Of a stretch of 55,611 nt of DNA, positions 1-13,694 are shown in pieces. The DNA comes from a virus (lineage: Duplodnaviria > Heunggongvirae > Uroviricota > Caudoviricetes). Both the position numbers and the translations under genes were made by a program. The stretch spans positions 1 through 55,611 of the IMG/VR virus record IMGVR_UViG_2778261256_000006; one strand, given 5' to 3'. The first letter of the stretch is position 1, and each line of letters starts with the position of its first letter. The notes beneath the pieces were generated by a model. The model ran no database searches. It worked only from the letters and a program-made list of their open reading frames with translations, and was not told where the DNA came from.

Positions 1-1
1 G

Positions 2-910
2 TTACAAACATCGATTGTAGGGATTCGTGAAGGAAAAAACATCAGTTATGAGGAGTTGCAATATTCACTTCTTCCTATTCCGGCTGAAGAAGAACAAACC
101 CGTATCGCCAACTTCCTCGACAAGAAAACCGCTCTAATCGACGAAGCGATTTCGATCAAAGAGCAGCAAATTAGCCTGCTGAAAGAGCGTAAGCAGATCA
201 TCATCCAACAGGCGGTGACCCAAGGGCTTGATCCCAATGTGCCAATGAAAGACTCCGGTGTGGATTGGATTGGAGATATTCCAGAGCATTGGGAAGTTGT
301 GCCTCTAAAAAGGTTGGCGGTCTTGAGCCCTTCTGTGAAAGTTTCAAATAGAAAGTCCAAAGAATTAGTTACTTTCTTAGCGATGGAAAAGGTTTCAACA
401 GATGGATTTATTGATCAAGATACATTAATGCCTATATGTGATGTGAGCCAAGGTTTTACGGTTTTTAACCGGGGGGATGTGATTGTTGCAAAAATTACAC
501 CTTGCTTTGAAAATGGGAAATCTGCTTGGCTTAACAATCTTCAAACTGAGTTTGGATACGGCTCAACCGAGTTTCACGTTTTAAGATGTGGTCAGAGAAT
601 TATAGGAAGTTTTCTCTACTTAATCGTTAGTTCGCCCCTTTTTCTTAATGCCGGTGAGGCTATGATGACTGGTTCAGCTGGTCAGAAGCGCGTGCCTAGT
701 TCATTTATCCAAAACTTTCCTACCGCAATTCCCGGAGTTGCAGAGCAAGAAAAAATAGTATCAAAGGTAAAAGAGCTGTTTTCACAGATTGATGTTGTTG
801 TGGCTTCTACGGTAAATCAAATCGAAAAGCTCAAAGAATACAAAACCACCCTGATCAACAGCGCCGTGACAGGAAAAATAAAAATCACCCCGGAAATGGT
901 TGAGCAATAG
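2..910 (+). CDS. hsdS: Type I restriction-modification specificity subunit HsdS, 3' portion (5' end outside window)
   Basis: Frame is open from the window edge; HsdS-like central conserved region (LPIPAEEEQTRIANFLDKKTALID) followed by a target-recognition domain and C-terminal conserved helix; lies upstream of hsdR. Confidence 0.75.
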   Translation, partial: LQTSIVGIREGKNISYEELQYSLLPIPAEEEQTRIANFLDKKTALIDEAISIKEQQISLLKERKQIIIQQAVTQGLDPNVPMKDSGVDWIGDIPEHWEVVPLKRLAVLSPSVKVSNRKSKELVTFLAMEKVSTDGFIDQDTLMPICDVSQGFTVFNRGDVIVAKITPCFENGKSAWLNNLQTEFGYGSTEFHVLRCGQRIIGSFLYLIVSSPLFLNAGEAMMTGSAGQKRVPSSFIQNFPTAIPGVAEQEKIVSKVKELFSQIDVVVASTVNQIEKLKEYKTTLINSAVTGKIKITPEMVEQ

Positions 911-919
911 GACGCGAAT

Positions 920-2083
920 ATGTTCACGGTAAATCATCAGGCCAATAGGATTAGTCCGGTTAAGACTAAGAGATTCAGTGAGTTGGGCTTTACTGAGCGC
1001 AAAAATCTTCAGGAATGGTTGGCACACGAGCCTTCCGCACTGGGTGAAGAGCTGCTGATTATTCAAAAAGAGTTCGATGGCTTTGATGACACCCGTGAAC
1101 GCTTAGATTTACTGGCACTGGATAAAGATGGCAACTTGGTCATTATTGAAAACAAGCTGGACGACAGTGGCCGCGATGTGGTGTGGCAGGCGCTTAAATA
1201 TGCCTCTTACTGTGCCAGTTTAACCAAAGCGCAAATCGTTGAAATTTACCAGCAGTACTTAGACCGCTATGAGCATGTAACAGGAGAGGTTGACTTGTTT
1301 AATACCCCTGCAAGTGCCTCTGCTAGAATATGTGAGTTTTTGGATGCGCCCGATCTCGATGAGTTAAAGCTCAACCTGGGTAACAGCCAGCGCATTATGT
1401 TAGTTGCGGCAAACTTTCGCAAAGAAGTGACCTGCACCGCGCTGTGGTTATTGGGTCAAGGCATTAGCATTGCCTGCTTCAAAATCACGCCTTATTCACT
1501 GGGTGAACAGCTACTGATTAATATTGACCAGATCATTCCAACGCCAGAAGCGAAAGAGTTGATGATCGGCATTAATGCCAAGGAAGCGGAAGAAAAAACC
1601 ACCGAAGTGGTACTAAAAAACCGCCATACCGTGCGTCGCAAGTACTGGGAGCGTGCCTTAGAGGCGTTTCAGAAAAGCGCTTGCCAACTCTATAACAACA
1701 TTAGCCCAAGCAAAGATCATTGGTTATCAGCAGGCTCAGGGCTAAGTGGATGTCCGTATAACCTGATATTTCTGCAAAAAGAGCTTCGAGTAGAGCTTTG
1801 GATCAGCCGTGGGGTTACCGAAGAGAATAAATACCTTTTTGATTTGTTGAGTCAGTCCAAACAAGACATTGAGCATACTTTTGGTGCAGAACTTGAGTGG
1901 ATGAGGCTGGATGAGAAGAAATCTTGCCGTATCCAGTTTTCGACCAAAGCTGACGGGTTTAACAAAGAGACTTGGCCCCAAGCGGTTGCGTGGCACTTAG
2001 AGCAGATGACAAAGTTAGAAAAAGCCTTGAAAGGACCGCTGCAAAAAGCGGCTGAAGCAATGAAACAGAAGAATTTTGATTAA
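920..2083 (+). CDS. PD-(D/E)xK nuclease-fold protein (DUF4268-like), embedded between hsdS and hsdR
   Basis: 387-aa ORF with D-x(n)-ENK motif (DKDGNLVIIENK); 10-15 bp gaps to flanking hsd genes suggest one operon. Confidence 0.5.
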   Translation: MFTVNHQANRISPVKTKRFSELGFTERKNLQEWLAHEPSALGEELLIIQKEFDGFDDTRERLDLLALDKDGNLVIIENKLDDSGRDVVWQALKYASYCASLTKAQIVEIYQQYLDRYEHVTGEVDLFNTPASASARICEFLDAPDLDELKLNLGNSQRIMLVAANFRKEVTCTALWLLGQGISIACFKITPYSLGEQLLINIDQIIPTPEAKELMIGINAKEAEEKTTEVVLKNRHTVRRKYWERALEAFQKSACQLYNNISPSKDHWLSAGSGLSGCPYNLIFLQKELRVELWISRGVTEENKYLFDLLSQSKQDIEHTFGAELEWMRLDEKKSCRIQFSTKADGFNKETWPQAVAWHLEQMTKLEKALKGPLQKAAEAMKQKNFD

Positions 2084-2097
2084 GGGAATTTACAATT

Positions 2098-5816
<3,719 letters not shown>

Positions 5817-5997
5817 CCACTTCATCTACACTCGCGGCATTGGAAGCAAAGATATGGTCGTCTGGCACCTGATGCACATTGATAAGGCTATCAACCACAC
5901 GCTGGAGAAGTTCTTTCCACCAGCCTGAACACAATGATTGTGCGCCTTATAGCGCCCATTAAGATAGATAAGTACTTACCAACAAGGAGAAAACACA

Positions 5998-6272
5998 TGA
6001 AGACTTTGGTTCGCATTTCATCTAGTACCGACTATGACGTTTACCCGTTGTTCATGATCAAGTGCGACGGGCTGAACGATGAAGAAATTCAAGCGGCAAT
6101 TGAACGCAATCTAGTTGAATACACAGGAATGGATGCGGATTCTATTTATATCGATGATGACGGTGTTTGTTGGCACAACGGTAGCTGCTGGTACGTCGAC
6201 GACACAATGCTGGTAAGCGATGAAGACGCGGCCCATCTTGAGCGCATTTTGGGTATCAGCACTTTTGAGTGA
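5998..6272 (+). CDS. hypothetical protein
   Basis: ATG preceded by AAGGAG-like RBS; 91 aa; acidic C-terminus; no recognisable motif. Confidence 0.4.
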
Positions 6273-6311
6273 TATTTACAGCAAAAATATATAAGTTAGC
6301 ATTTACCTATC

Positions 6312-6491
6312 ATGAAAATTTTATTAGATATCACGTTACTTATTATCTCGATAGCCTTTGTGCTCGACTGCATCTTCACAGGGGCAATCCGTAAAGCGCT
6401 GGCGCCTGTTAATGATGTGATGATCAATGCGCTGGCCGTAGTACTGGTCTTCGACTCAGCATTAGGCGTTTTCAAAGGAGTCGTGGCATGA
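6312..6491 (+). CDS. small hydrophobic (two predicted TM segments) protein, 59 aa, not in ORF track
   Basis: ATG..TGA ORF translating to MKILLDITLLIISIAFVLDCIFTG...; stop overlaps the ATG of the next gene (ATGA coupling). Confidence 0.4.
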   Translation: MKILLDITLLIISIAFVLDCIFTGAIRKALAPVNDVMINALAVVLVFDSALGVFKGVVA

Positions 6492-6823
6492 AGAAAACAG
6501 CCCTGGTACTGGCGCTGCTCACTCTCCCCGTCTTTGCGGACACACATGTCTATGAGTGCGAAATGTTTGTGGTCGAAGCGAAAAACGGCCTGATCCGCAA
6601 CGTCGTTAAAGCTAATTACGGCGCGATGGTTGTGGACCGTGGCGAACAGTTTTATGTGGTACGCGATGATCGCGTCCTGTCTTCCCCGTTTCTCACTAAA
6701 CGTAACGGCGAACTATCTGGCGTAGGTAAAGATAGGTTCGTTTACAACAAATCGGGTGATGTATACGGCGTTCACGCGAAGAACGACAGCTACCTTTTCG
6801 ATGACTGCAAGGAGATTAGTTGA
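6488..6823 (+). CDS. secreted hypothetical protein (N-terminal signal peptide)
   Basis: MKKTALVLALLTLPVFA signal-peptide-like N-terminus; translationally coupled to flanking small genes. Confidence 0.5.
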   Translation: MKKTALVLALLTLPVFADTHVYECEMFVVEAKNGLIRNVVKANYGAMVVDRGEQFYVVRDDRVLSSPFLTKRNGELSGVGKDRFVYNKSGDVYGVHAKNDSYLFDDCKEIS

Positions 6824-7035
6824 TGGCGGTTACACTGACAGGTCTGGAAATCGAAAAAACAAGCGGCTACTGGCGTGCCAAAGGGTTCAAGCAGTCCGGC
6901 GTACTGGAACGACTGGAACGTGAAGATGGGTATATTGTCCACCAGCGACGTGAATGGCACATGTACGATCCGGAAACAGGTAAGCTCGCAACGAAGGCCG
7001 GGACACTCTGGGGTCTGCTGAAGAAAATCCACTGA
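6820..7035 (+). CDS. hypothetical protein
   Basis: 71-aa ORF with start overlapping the upstream stop (ATGA); ends just before the iteron array. Confidence 0.4.
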   Translation: MMAVTLTGLEIEKTSGYWRAKGFKQSGVLERLEREDGYIVHQRREWHMYDPETGKLATKAGTLWGLLKKIH

Positions 7036-7042
7036 TAACACT

Positions 7043-7643
7043 ATCCACTGCGGTGAGTAGCCAGTTCACCGCGTGTGAATCCGGCTCATAACCACTGTAG
7101 CGAGTAGAACACCCTTCAGGTATGCCCCCCAACCACTGTAGTGAGCAAACCCTCTGCCACGATATCAACTATCCACTGTAGTGAGTAAATTGGTGATTAT
7201 CGGGGTCGCTATACACTGTAGTGAGTAAACAGGCGTTCACTGACTACAAACAACCACTATAGAGAGTGATGGAATGCCCCCTCCAGCGGATATCCACTAT
7301 GGAGAGTAAATCTTCGCTGTTTTAAACGGATATCCACTCACTACAGTGGATAGAGGTCAAGTCAGCCAATTCTGCTCTTCACAGTGGATAGTCAACAATG
7401 AGGAGAGCGACGATAACCGCTGTAGAGAGTAGACTTAACAGAGATACCCAGTGACCGCTAACCTCTCAGCCCTTGTTTTATCTATGTTTGCAACCACTAA
7501 CATTTACTTCGCGATTTGTGCGCACTGCCTACAGTGGTTATTCTTCGGTTTCTTTTACTCACTACAGTGGATATTGCATTTCCGATAAACAAAAAGGCTC
7601 ACTACAGTGGATAGTGAGCCTTTTTACTCTCTACAGTGGTTGG
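7043..7643. repeat. iteron array downstream of repA (about 14 copies of CCACTGTAGTGAGTA-like repeats, both orientations)
   Basis: Repeated TATCCACTGTAGTGAGTAA-like units at irregular 30-45 bp spacing, some as inverted pairs (e.g. 7330-7352). Confidence 0.85.
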
Positions 7644-7644
7644 G

Positions 7645-8700
7645 CTATTTGCGAGCCTTTGCCTTGCGCAGCTCTTCGAGAATCGCCAGTTCTTCCTTGC
7701 TCAACATGACCATTTCCCCGTCTTTTTCTTCAGGGGCAACATCGATAATGTCCTCCGGATCATCACCTGGCAAGATATCTTCTGGCTCTTCAGGCGTGGC
7801 CATAGATGGCGGCAGTGCCGAACGTAACTTCGGCCGTCTATAGTGGATGACGAAGTAGACCGAGCTGCCGCGTTTCACTTCAGTGTAATCGAGATAGCCG
7901 ATCTCTCGCAGCTGCTCCATCGCCTTCCTGACTGTCGCATTCTGGGTAATGGTGCGGCTGGTTAAGTTAAGTCTGGCGCGTAAGCGAGCCAATGAGATTG
8001 GCGCCGGGTCTGGTGGCAAACTTTCAATGAAGGTGTAGAGCGCCTGCGCGGATTCTTTTCTGGAGAGTTCGTTGATGGCCCGAAGTTGCAAAAGCACCTT
8101 TTTGTCGAACTGGTAAAGTTCGAAAATCTTAGGATCGGCCTTCAGTTCGACCGTGTCATTCTTGGTACTGTACTTTGCCGTCTGCACAAGGTGCGTAACG
8201 TAATACTCTTCAGAGCCTTTGCTGCGGAATGAGATGGTGTTTGTGGCGATACGACTTAGAGAGCTGTCCAGGCGCTTACGTAACTTCGCGGACGATCTGG
8301 CTGTTGGTATGCCACAAAGTCTGACGAACTCGACGAACGGCAACGTGACGGTGTCACCAACAACCTTGTGCTTGGCGAACGCGTGGATGATGCCCACCCA
8401 TGTTTTGAAATCGTTATCCATATCAAGACGAAGACCAGCAATCCTTATATCCTCGTACCCTTCGGCTTTGGCCAGAGACAGCTGTTTGAGTTCAGCGGAG
8501 GCGTCCATAGAGACCATTTGCCCCTTTCTACCCCTGGATGTCGATTTCAGCGTCGGAACGAAGAGACCAAGACGCATCAGAGCAACAGGCTGAACTGTGT
8601 TGTTGGTGTTAGGAACTAACGTAACAACTTCGCCGGTCTTTTTGTCTGTTTCGGAAAATGCTTCGCTTATCGCAATGTTTTTATTGTCGTTTACGCTCAT
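7645..8700 (-). CDS. repA: Replication initiator RepA (RepFIB / P1 RepA family, iteron-binding)
   Basis: 351 aa; motifs I recall from RepFIB RepA ([61 protein letters not shown]); flanked by iterons. Confidence 0.88.
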   Translation of the reverse strand: MSVNDNKNIAISEAFSETDKKTGEVVTLVPNTNNTVQPVALMRLGLFVPTLKSTSRGRKGQMVSMDASAELKQLSLAKAEGYEDIRIAGLRLDMDNDFKTWVGIIHAFAKHKVVGDTVTLPFVEFVRLCGIPTARSSAKLRKRLDSSLSRIATNTISFRSKGSEEYYVTHLVQTAKYSTKNDTVELKADPKIFELYQFDKKVLLQLRAINELSRKESAQALYTFIESLPPDPAPISLARLRARLNLTSRTITQNATVRKAMEQLREIGYLDYTEVKRGSSVYFVIHYRRPKLRSALPPSMATPEEPEDILPGDDPEDIIDVAPEEKDGEMVMLSKEELAILEELRKAKARK

Positions 8701-8738
8701 TCCAAATGTCTCTTTTTATTCGACGGCTTGGGTGCCTT

Positions 8739-8844
8739 TACTGATTACAGTGGATAGTAGCACCCATCACAGTGGTTATCCTACCGCCTACAGCGGTTTT
8801 TCTACTCTCTATAGTGGTTGTTCTTCTCACTATAGTGGATATCG
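8739..8844. repeat. iteron block upstream of repA (about 5 copies)
   Basis: ACAGTGGATAG / ACAGTGGTTAT-like repeats in the orientation opposite to the downstream array. Confidence 0.8.
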
Positions 8845-8883
8845 ATAACCTCTAAAGCCATGTGGCACAACGGTTTGCAGGGG

Positions 8884-8965
8884 CCGGGGATCTCTTTGGG
8901 TCTTTGTGGTTCTCTTTGGTTCTAACAGGGATCTGAATTACTGGATCGGGCCTGTGTATAAAAAT
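8884..8965. promoter_or_regulatory. GATC-rich module with DnaA-box-like site (origin element), copy 1
   Basis: Several GATC within about 80 bp, plus TGTGTATAA (reverse complement of TTATACACA, matching the DnaA-box consensus TTATNCACA). Confidence 0.6.
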
Positions 8966-9120
8966 CAGATAATTACAAAATCAGGCATCACTCCCCTTCT
9001 GGGGATAATGTGTGATCGAAATAAACACGCCGCAACGCAAAATTTACAATATTTCCAAGAATATCAGCCATCTGCCGCAGAAAAACAGGCTCGGAGTTAT
9101 CCAGTTAAAACATTGTCTCC

Positions 9121-9230
9121 TACTCACTACAGTGGATACCGACTACTCTCCAGAGAGGTTGTTTTGCTCTTCATAGCGGTTATTATGCTCTCTACAGTGG
9201 TTATTTTGCTCCCTATAGTGGATAGTAACC
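9121..9230. repeat. second iteron block upstream of repA (about 4 copies)
   Basis: CACTACAGTGGATAC, CTACAGTGGTTAT and TATAGTGGATAG repeats. Confidence 0.8.
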
Positions 9231-9261
9231 CCTTCTCAAGCCAGTAACCGCAAGCGCTGGA

Positions 9262-9340
9262 GACGATCGGGGATCTCTTTTGATCTTCTGTAGGATCTCT
9301 CTGGGGATCTAAATATTGGATCGGGCCTGTGAATAAAGTG
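9262..9340. promoter_or_regulatory. GATC-rich module with DnaA-box-like site, copy 2
   Basis: About 7 GATC sites in 60 bp followed by TGTGAATAA (reverse complement of TTATTCACA); near-duplicate of the 8884-8965 module. Confidence 0.6.
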
Positions 9341-9421
9341 AATAAGTAAACAGGCATTTGCAAACTCCGGTGCGCCTTATCCGTTATCGTTGCCCCGGAC
9401 AAAATTATTTGAACAAGAATT

Positions 9422-10066
9422 ATGGATCTTAAACGCACGCGCTGGGTTCGCCGTCTTGAAGATGGCTCCTACACCATTGAATCAAACACTAGTCTGAACA
9501 AACAGAAGTTGCTCTGCGACCTTTGCGGCATTGCTTCGAAATGCCCGATTAACGAAACCCGGCTTAAACTCCACGACGCCGGTGCGCATTTCCACCTAAA
9601 CAGCTGCATACGTTACGTGCCACTACTAGCATTTCGTAAACCGATCATCGGATTGGATGCTCCCTACTTCAACACACTGCGCTCTGGTGTCACTTGGCGA
9701 GATCGTGTCGAACCTGGCAAACTCGTTTGTCTGGTTGAAGCTGATACCGGAAATGTCATCCGGTTCGGGAGAGTTGATAAGGTCTACTCAGGCCCAGTGG
9801 ATGAAATGCTGCGGAAACACAGCCGATTTAACCATCTCTGCATGGGCGGAGAGAAGATTGAGAAGGTTGGCGAAGTAATTCGCAAATCTTACGGACACTT
9901 TCTGAATGATAACAGCCTTCTGACAGCCATTTACATTCGCCATGTCGATCGGGAGTTCGACACGGAGTATCACAGTGCTGAAGAGTTGAATCTTGTAGAC
10001 CCTCGTCCAAAAGCTGGGGTAATAGACATCAGCAGAGCGCGTCAGAAGCCCTCAGAGACGTTTTAA
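9422..10066 (+). CDS. hypothetical protein (possible ASCH/PUA-like beta-barrel; weak)
   Basis: 214-aa ORF adjacent to the origin region; no strong motif. Confidence 0.45.
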   Translation: MDLKRTRWVRRLEDGSYTIESNTSLNKQKLLCDLCGIASKCPINETRLKLHDAGAHFHLNSCIRYVPLLAFRKPIIGLDAPYFNTLRSGVTWRDRVEPGKLVCLVEADTGNVIRFGRVDKVYSGPVDEMLRKHSRFNHLCMGGEKIEKVGEVIRKSYGHFLNDNSLLTAIYIRHVDREFDTEYHSAEELNLVDPRPKAGVIDISRARQKPSETF

Positions 10067-10462
10067 AGGCAAACTCATGCTTTTTACCGGGCATAAAATA
10101 TGGTGTCTTAGAAAGACACTGAGAGCTTTAGGGATTAATGCATGAGTGAATTTTATTCAAGAGCAGAAACTGTGGCCGACGGATGCGTTTGAAGACGACG
10201 CACGCAAACGCCGTAGATGTCATCTCACAACTTCACCGTCCGTTCTCCTTTTTCATTTCTTGTCATCAGTAAATGACTGCTCTCATAAAATTGCTTGTGA
10301 CGTTTAGAAATCGTTGCTGCCCTATCTGATAGGTATTTACTTACTTATTTTTTTGTCATTATCATGTGCCTTTATATTCTTTTGTGTGCCGTGTTGTCTG
10401 GGTTGTACGCCTCTTATGCACGCTTAGAATTTGTATCAAAATAACCACAAAGGAAAAGACAC

Positions 10463-11548
10463 ATGACATTGCCATACGGGGTAATATCAGATCCCCATTA
10501 TCATCGTTGGGATGCTTTTGCGACAACAAACGCTGACGGGCTTAACTCTCGGCTGGAGATCCAACTGGACGCTACGAAGGAGGCGGCCAAAGCGATGAAA
10601 GCTGCTGGCTGTAAGCACATGCTGGTAGCTGGTGATACCTTCCATGTTCGCGGTGCTATATCACCTTCCGTTCTGCATTTCGTGACCGAAACTTACGAGT
10701 GGATCATCAAAGAGTTGGGTCTCAAGGTGGTAATGCTGGCTGGCAACCACGACCTCGAAACCAACGATTCCGTATACAGCGCCAATGCAGCAGCCTCTCT
10801 GCGCTCAATCGGTGTGGAAATCGTCTGCGGCAAACGTCCTCATTCCATCAAAATGGGCGACGTAACCGTCCATCTGATTAGCTGGCGTAATAACCACGCA
10901 GAACTTATCAGCGATCTCAAAACGCTGCGTTCCGGGCTGGATGGTGACAACCATGATGTTGTTGTACATACCTCAATCAACAAAGCGATCCCCACCATGC
11001 CCGATGTCGGCATCGACGCACAGGAACTGAAAGATATCGGCTTCCGTTTATTGTTGTCCGGGCACTACCACAACCACAAAGAAGTGCTGCCTGGAGTGGT
11101 AAGTATCGGGGCGCTGACACACCAGAATTGGGGGGATGTTGGTTCACTGGCCGGCTTCATGATCGTCAAACCGGACGGCTCATTCACTCACCACGAAACC
11201 TCGGCACCTAAATTCGTGAACCTTGAGGACGATGTAGATGACGATCAGATTCGCGGCAACTACGTGCGCTTCCGTGCCGTTGTTGAGAGCGATGAAGAAG
11301 GCATCAAACTTCAGAACGTCCTGAAAACAATGGGCGCGAAGGGTGTCGTCTGCAACTTCATTCGCAAGGCATCGATGATGGAAGGCGCTGCCAGTACTGC
11401 GGAAACCAGCAAAATTGACAGCCTGGGAGAGTCCGTTGCGGCGTACTGCAAGATCGTTCACGACACTGACGGTGGCTTCGACCTGAGCAAACTGGACATA
11501 CTGTGTCAGGAGATCTTGACCGAAGCAGAGAGTGCGGAGGCTGTGTGA
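10463..11548 (+). CDS. SbcD/Mre11-family metallophosphoesterase nuclease (phage recombination nuclease)
   Basis: Calcineurin-like phosphoesterase motifs (DPHY, GDTFH, GNHD, GHYH); upstream of an SbcC/Rad50-like ATPase. Confidence 0.85.
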   Translation: MTLPYGVISDPHYHRWDAFATTNADGLNSRLEIQLDATKEAAKAMKAAGCKHMLVAGDTFHVRGAISPSVLHFVTETYEWIIKELGLKVVMLAGNHDLETNDSVYSANAAASLRSIGVEIVCGKRPHSIKMGDVTVHLISWRNNHAELISDLKTLRSGLDGDNHDVVVHTSINKAIPTMPDVGIDAQELKDIGFRLLLSGHYHNHKEVLPGVVSIGALTHQNWGDVGSLAGFMIVKPDGSFTHHETSAPKFVNLEDDVDDDQIRGNYVRFRAVVESDEEGIKLQNVLKTMGAKGVVCNFIRKASMMEGAASTAETSKIDSLGESVAAYCKIVHDTDGGFDLSKLDILCQEILTEAESAEAV

Positions 11549-11589
11549 GGCAACGTTATTATGGGAGCTTTCGAGATTTTGCCATCGTG

Positions 11590-11781
11590 ATGAAAAAACT
11601 TCAAAAAGGCCAGACGGTTATGTTTCACAAGCCATACCCTTCAGGAGGAAATCCCGTAGCGTTTTATCTTGGAAGGCTAACCAGAAAAGGCTTATTGAAT
11701 CGCAGATCCTTCCCCGCGCATACGGAGTTCAGATTGAAAGATGGTCAAAAGTTAACACACGATATCAGAGGTGTTATATGA
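11590..11781 (+). CDS. small protein between the sbcD-like and sbcC-like genes
   Basis: 63-aa ORF; its stop overlaps the ATG of the SbcC-like gene (ATATGA), suggesting translational coupling. Confidence 0.35.
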   Translation: MKKLQKGQTVMFHKPYPSGGNPVAFYLGRLTRKGLLNRRSFPAHTEFRLKDGQKLTHDIRGVI

Positions 11782-13694
11782 AGTTTTTAAAGCTCCAGGT
11801 TGAAAATTTTATGGCAATCGCCAGCGCAGAAGTCGAGTTAGACCAGCGTGGACTGGTGCTGATCCAGGGTGTGAACAGTGGCGATACGTCTGCTGCCAGC
11901 AATGGCGCCGGGAAATCCACTCTGATGAATAGCTTAATGTGGTGTCTGTATGGTGAGACTGCACATGGCGTCAAAGGCGATGACGTGCTGTCGACGGGCC
12001 ATGAGAAGAACTGCCGTGTGATGGTTACAGTTGAAGACGAAGGTAAGAAATACGCGATCATTCGCCATCGTAAACACAAAGAGTTCAAGAACCGACTAAT
12101 CGTCCGTGGTGAAGACGGTGATATGACCAAAGGCAAGGACACGCTGACACAGACGTTCGTAGAACGTCTGATTGGGGCATCGAAAGAGGTGTTCATGGCG
12201 TCCATCTACGCCAGTCAGGAAGCGATGCCAGATCTGCCCGGTATGTCCGACAAGAGCCTCAAAACCATCGTTGAAGAAGCTGCTGGCGTCGACCGATTGA
12301 CGCGAGCCTATGCCATTGCCCGCGAGCGTGCTAATGCAGCTGCCGCACGTATGGACGTTACCAAATCCAAAATGGACGCCTGTCTCACGCTTATCGAGAC
12401 TGCACAGTCAGAGATTGAGGCGGCCAAAGCGTCCTCTGAAAGCTGGGAGCGCGATCGCGGCGAGCGTCTGGACAAGGCCCGAGCCGATTTGGCTGGCGCG
12501 GAGGTAACACTGTCTGAAGTCGAGATGGAAATTCGCTCGCTGCCGGAACAGATCCGTGATACGGAAAACGCGATTGCTGGCGAACGCAGCAAGCTGGCCT
12601 CCAAAGAAGAGCATGACGCCAAACTGCTGAAGGTGCGCAGTGCTATTACTGAGATCCGCTCAAGCATCCGTACTTCAGAAGCGGCACAGAACGAGTCGAT
12701 AAACCGTGCTCGCTCGTTTAAAACCAAAGCTGAAGAGGTCAGCACAAAGATCGGGGCACCCTGCATTACGTGCGGAAAGCCCTACTGCGAAGAAGATTTA
12801 TCCACGGTGAAGGAGAGCTTCATTGAACAAGCGCGCAATGAGATCGGCCTTGCGCAGACATCAGCAGCGGCAGTGGCTCAACACAAGGCTCGTCTTGAGA
12901 AAGCGCTCGGTATCGAGTCTGCACTGGTCGCAGCCACACCCGACGTCTCAGAAATCATCTCCACAATAGAACGCCTGACCAATGAGCTAAGTGCGCTGCG
13001 TCATCGCGAACGTGAAGTTGTGGCCGTCGAAGCGATGGTTGCGCGGGCGCGTACTGAAGTGAATCGCATCATGGCGGAAGCAAACCCATTTCTGGCCGTT
13101 ATTAAGCGCCATGAAGACAACCTGGCTGCCAATAAATCTAATCATGCAGTACTTAAAAATGAGTTAAAGAGCATTCAGGAACAGGCTCTGTTGCTGGAGA
13201 AGGCCCGCCAGGTTTACTCCCCAGCAGGCGTGCGTTCACACATCCTGACCTCCGTTACGCCTTTCCTGAACATCAGGACTGCGGAGTATCTCAACACGCT
13301 GTCGGACGGCAATATCGTTGCCGAATGGTCGACAATGGAGACAACGAAGAAAGGTGAGTATCGCGACAAATTCAATATCAGCGTAATCAAAACAGGCTCC
13401 AGCAAATCCTTCCAGACTTTGTCTGGTGGTGAGAAGCGTAAGGTACGTATTGCGTGCTCTCTGGCTTTGCAGGATCTGGTTGCCAGTCGCGCCAGTAAGA
13501 ATATCGAGCTATTTATCGGTGATGAAATTGACGACGCGCTCGACACAGCCGGTCTGGAGCGTCTCATGGGGATTCTGGAAGCCAAAGCGCGTGAACGTGG
13601 CACAGTGATGATCATCTCCCACAAAGAGATGAAATCGTGGTTCCGGGAAATTATCACTGTCGAAGTTAAAGAGGGGCGCAGCTATGTCGTTTAA
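11778..13694 (+). CDS. SbcC/Rad50-family ATPase (recombination nuclease ATPase subunit)
   Basis: Walker A (NGAGKST), long coiled-coil, CxxC zinc hook (CITCGKPYC), signature (LSGGEKRKV), Walker B (GDEIDDALD). Confidence 0.85.
   Translation: MKFLKLQVENFMAIASAEVELDQRGLVLIQGVNSGDTSAASNGAGKSTLMNSLMWCLYGETAHGVKGDDVLSTGHEKNCRVMVTVEDEGKKYAIIRHRKHKEFKNRLIVRGEDGDMTKGKDTLTQTFVERLIGASKEVFMASIYASQEAMPDLPGMSDKSLKTIVEEAAGVDRLTRAYAIARERANAAAARMDVTKSKMDACLTLIETAQSEIEAAKASSESWERDRGERLDKARADLAGAEVTLSEVEMEIRSLPEQIRDTENAIAGERSKLASKEEHDAKLLKVRSAITEIRSSIRTSEAAQNESINRARSFKTKAEEVSTKIGAPCITCGKPYCEEDLSTVKESFIEQARNEIGLAQTSAAAVAQHKARLEKALGIESALVAATPDVSEIISTIERLTNELSALRHREREVVAVEAMVARARTEVNRIMAEANPFLAVIKRHEDNLAANKSNHAVLKNELKSIQEQALLLEKARQVYSPAGVRSHILTSVTPFLNIRTAEYLNTLSDGNIVAEWSTMETTKKGEYRDKFNISVIKTGSSKSFQTLSGGEKRKVRIACSLALQDLVASRASKNIELFIGDEIDDALDTAGLERLMGILEAKARERGTVMIISHKEMKSWFREIITVEVKEGRSYVV

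Noticed and set aside
7043-7643. Possible CRISPR array, because of the many short repeats
   Set aside because: Repeats are 15-19 bp, irregularly spaced, in both orientations and flank a repA gene; these are iterons, not a CRISPR repeat-spacer array.
12308-13657. Several minus-strand ORFs of 147-152 aa
   Set aside because: All lie antisense within the SbcC-like gene, which has a complete set of ABC/Rad50 motifs.
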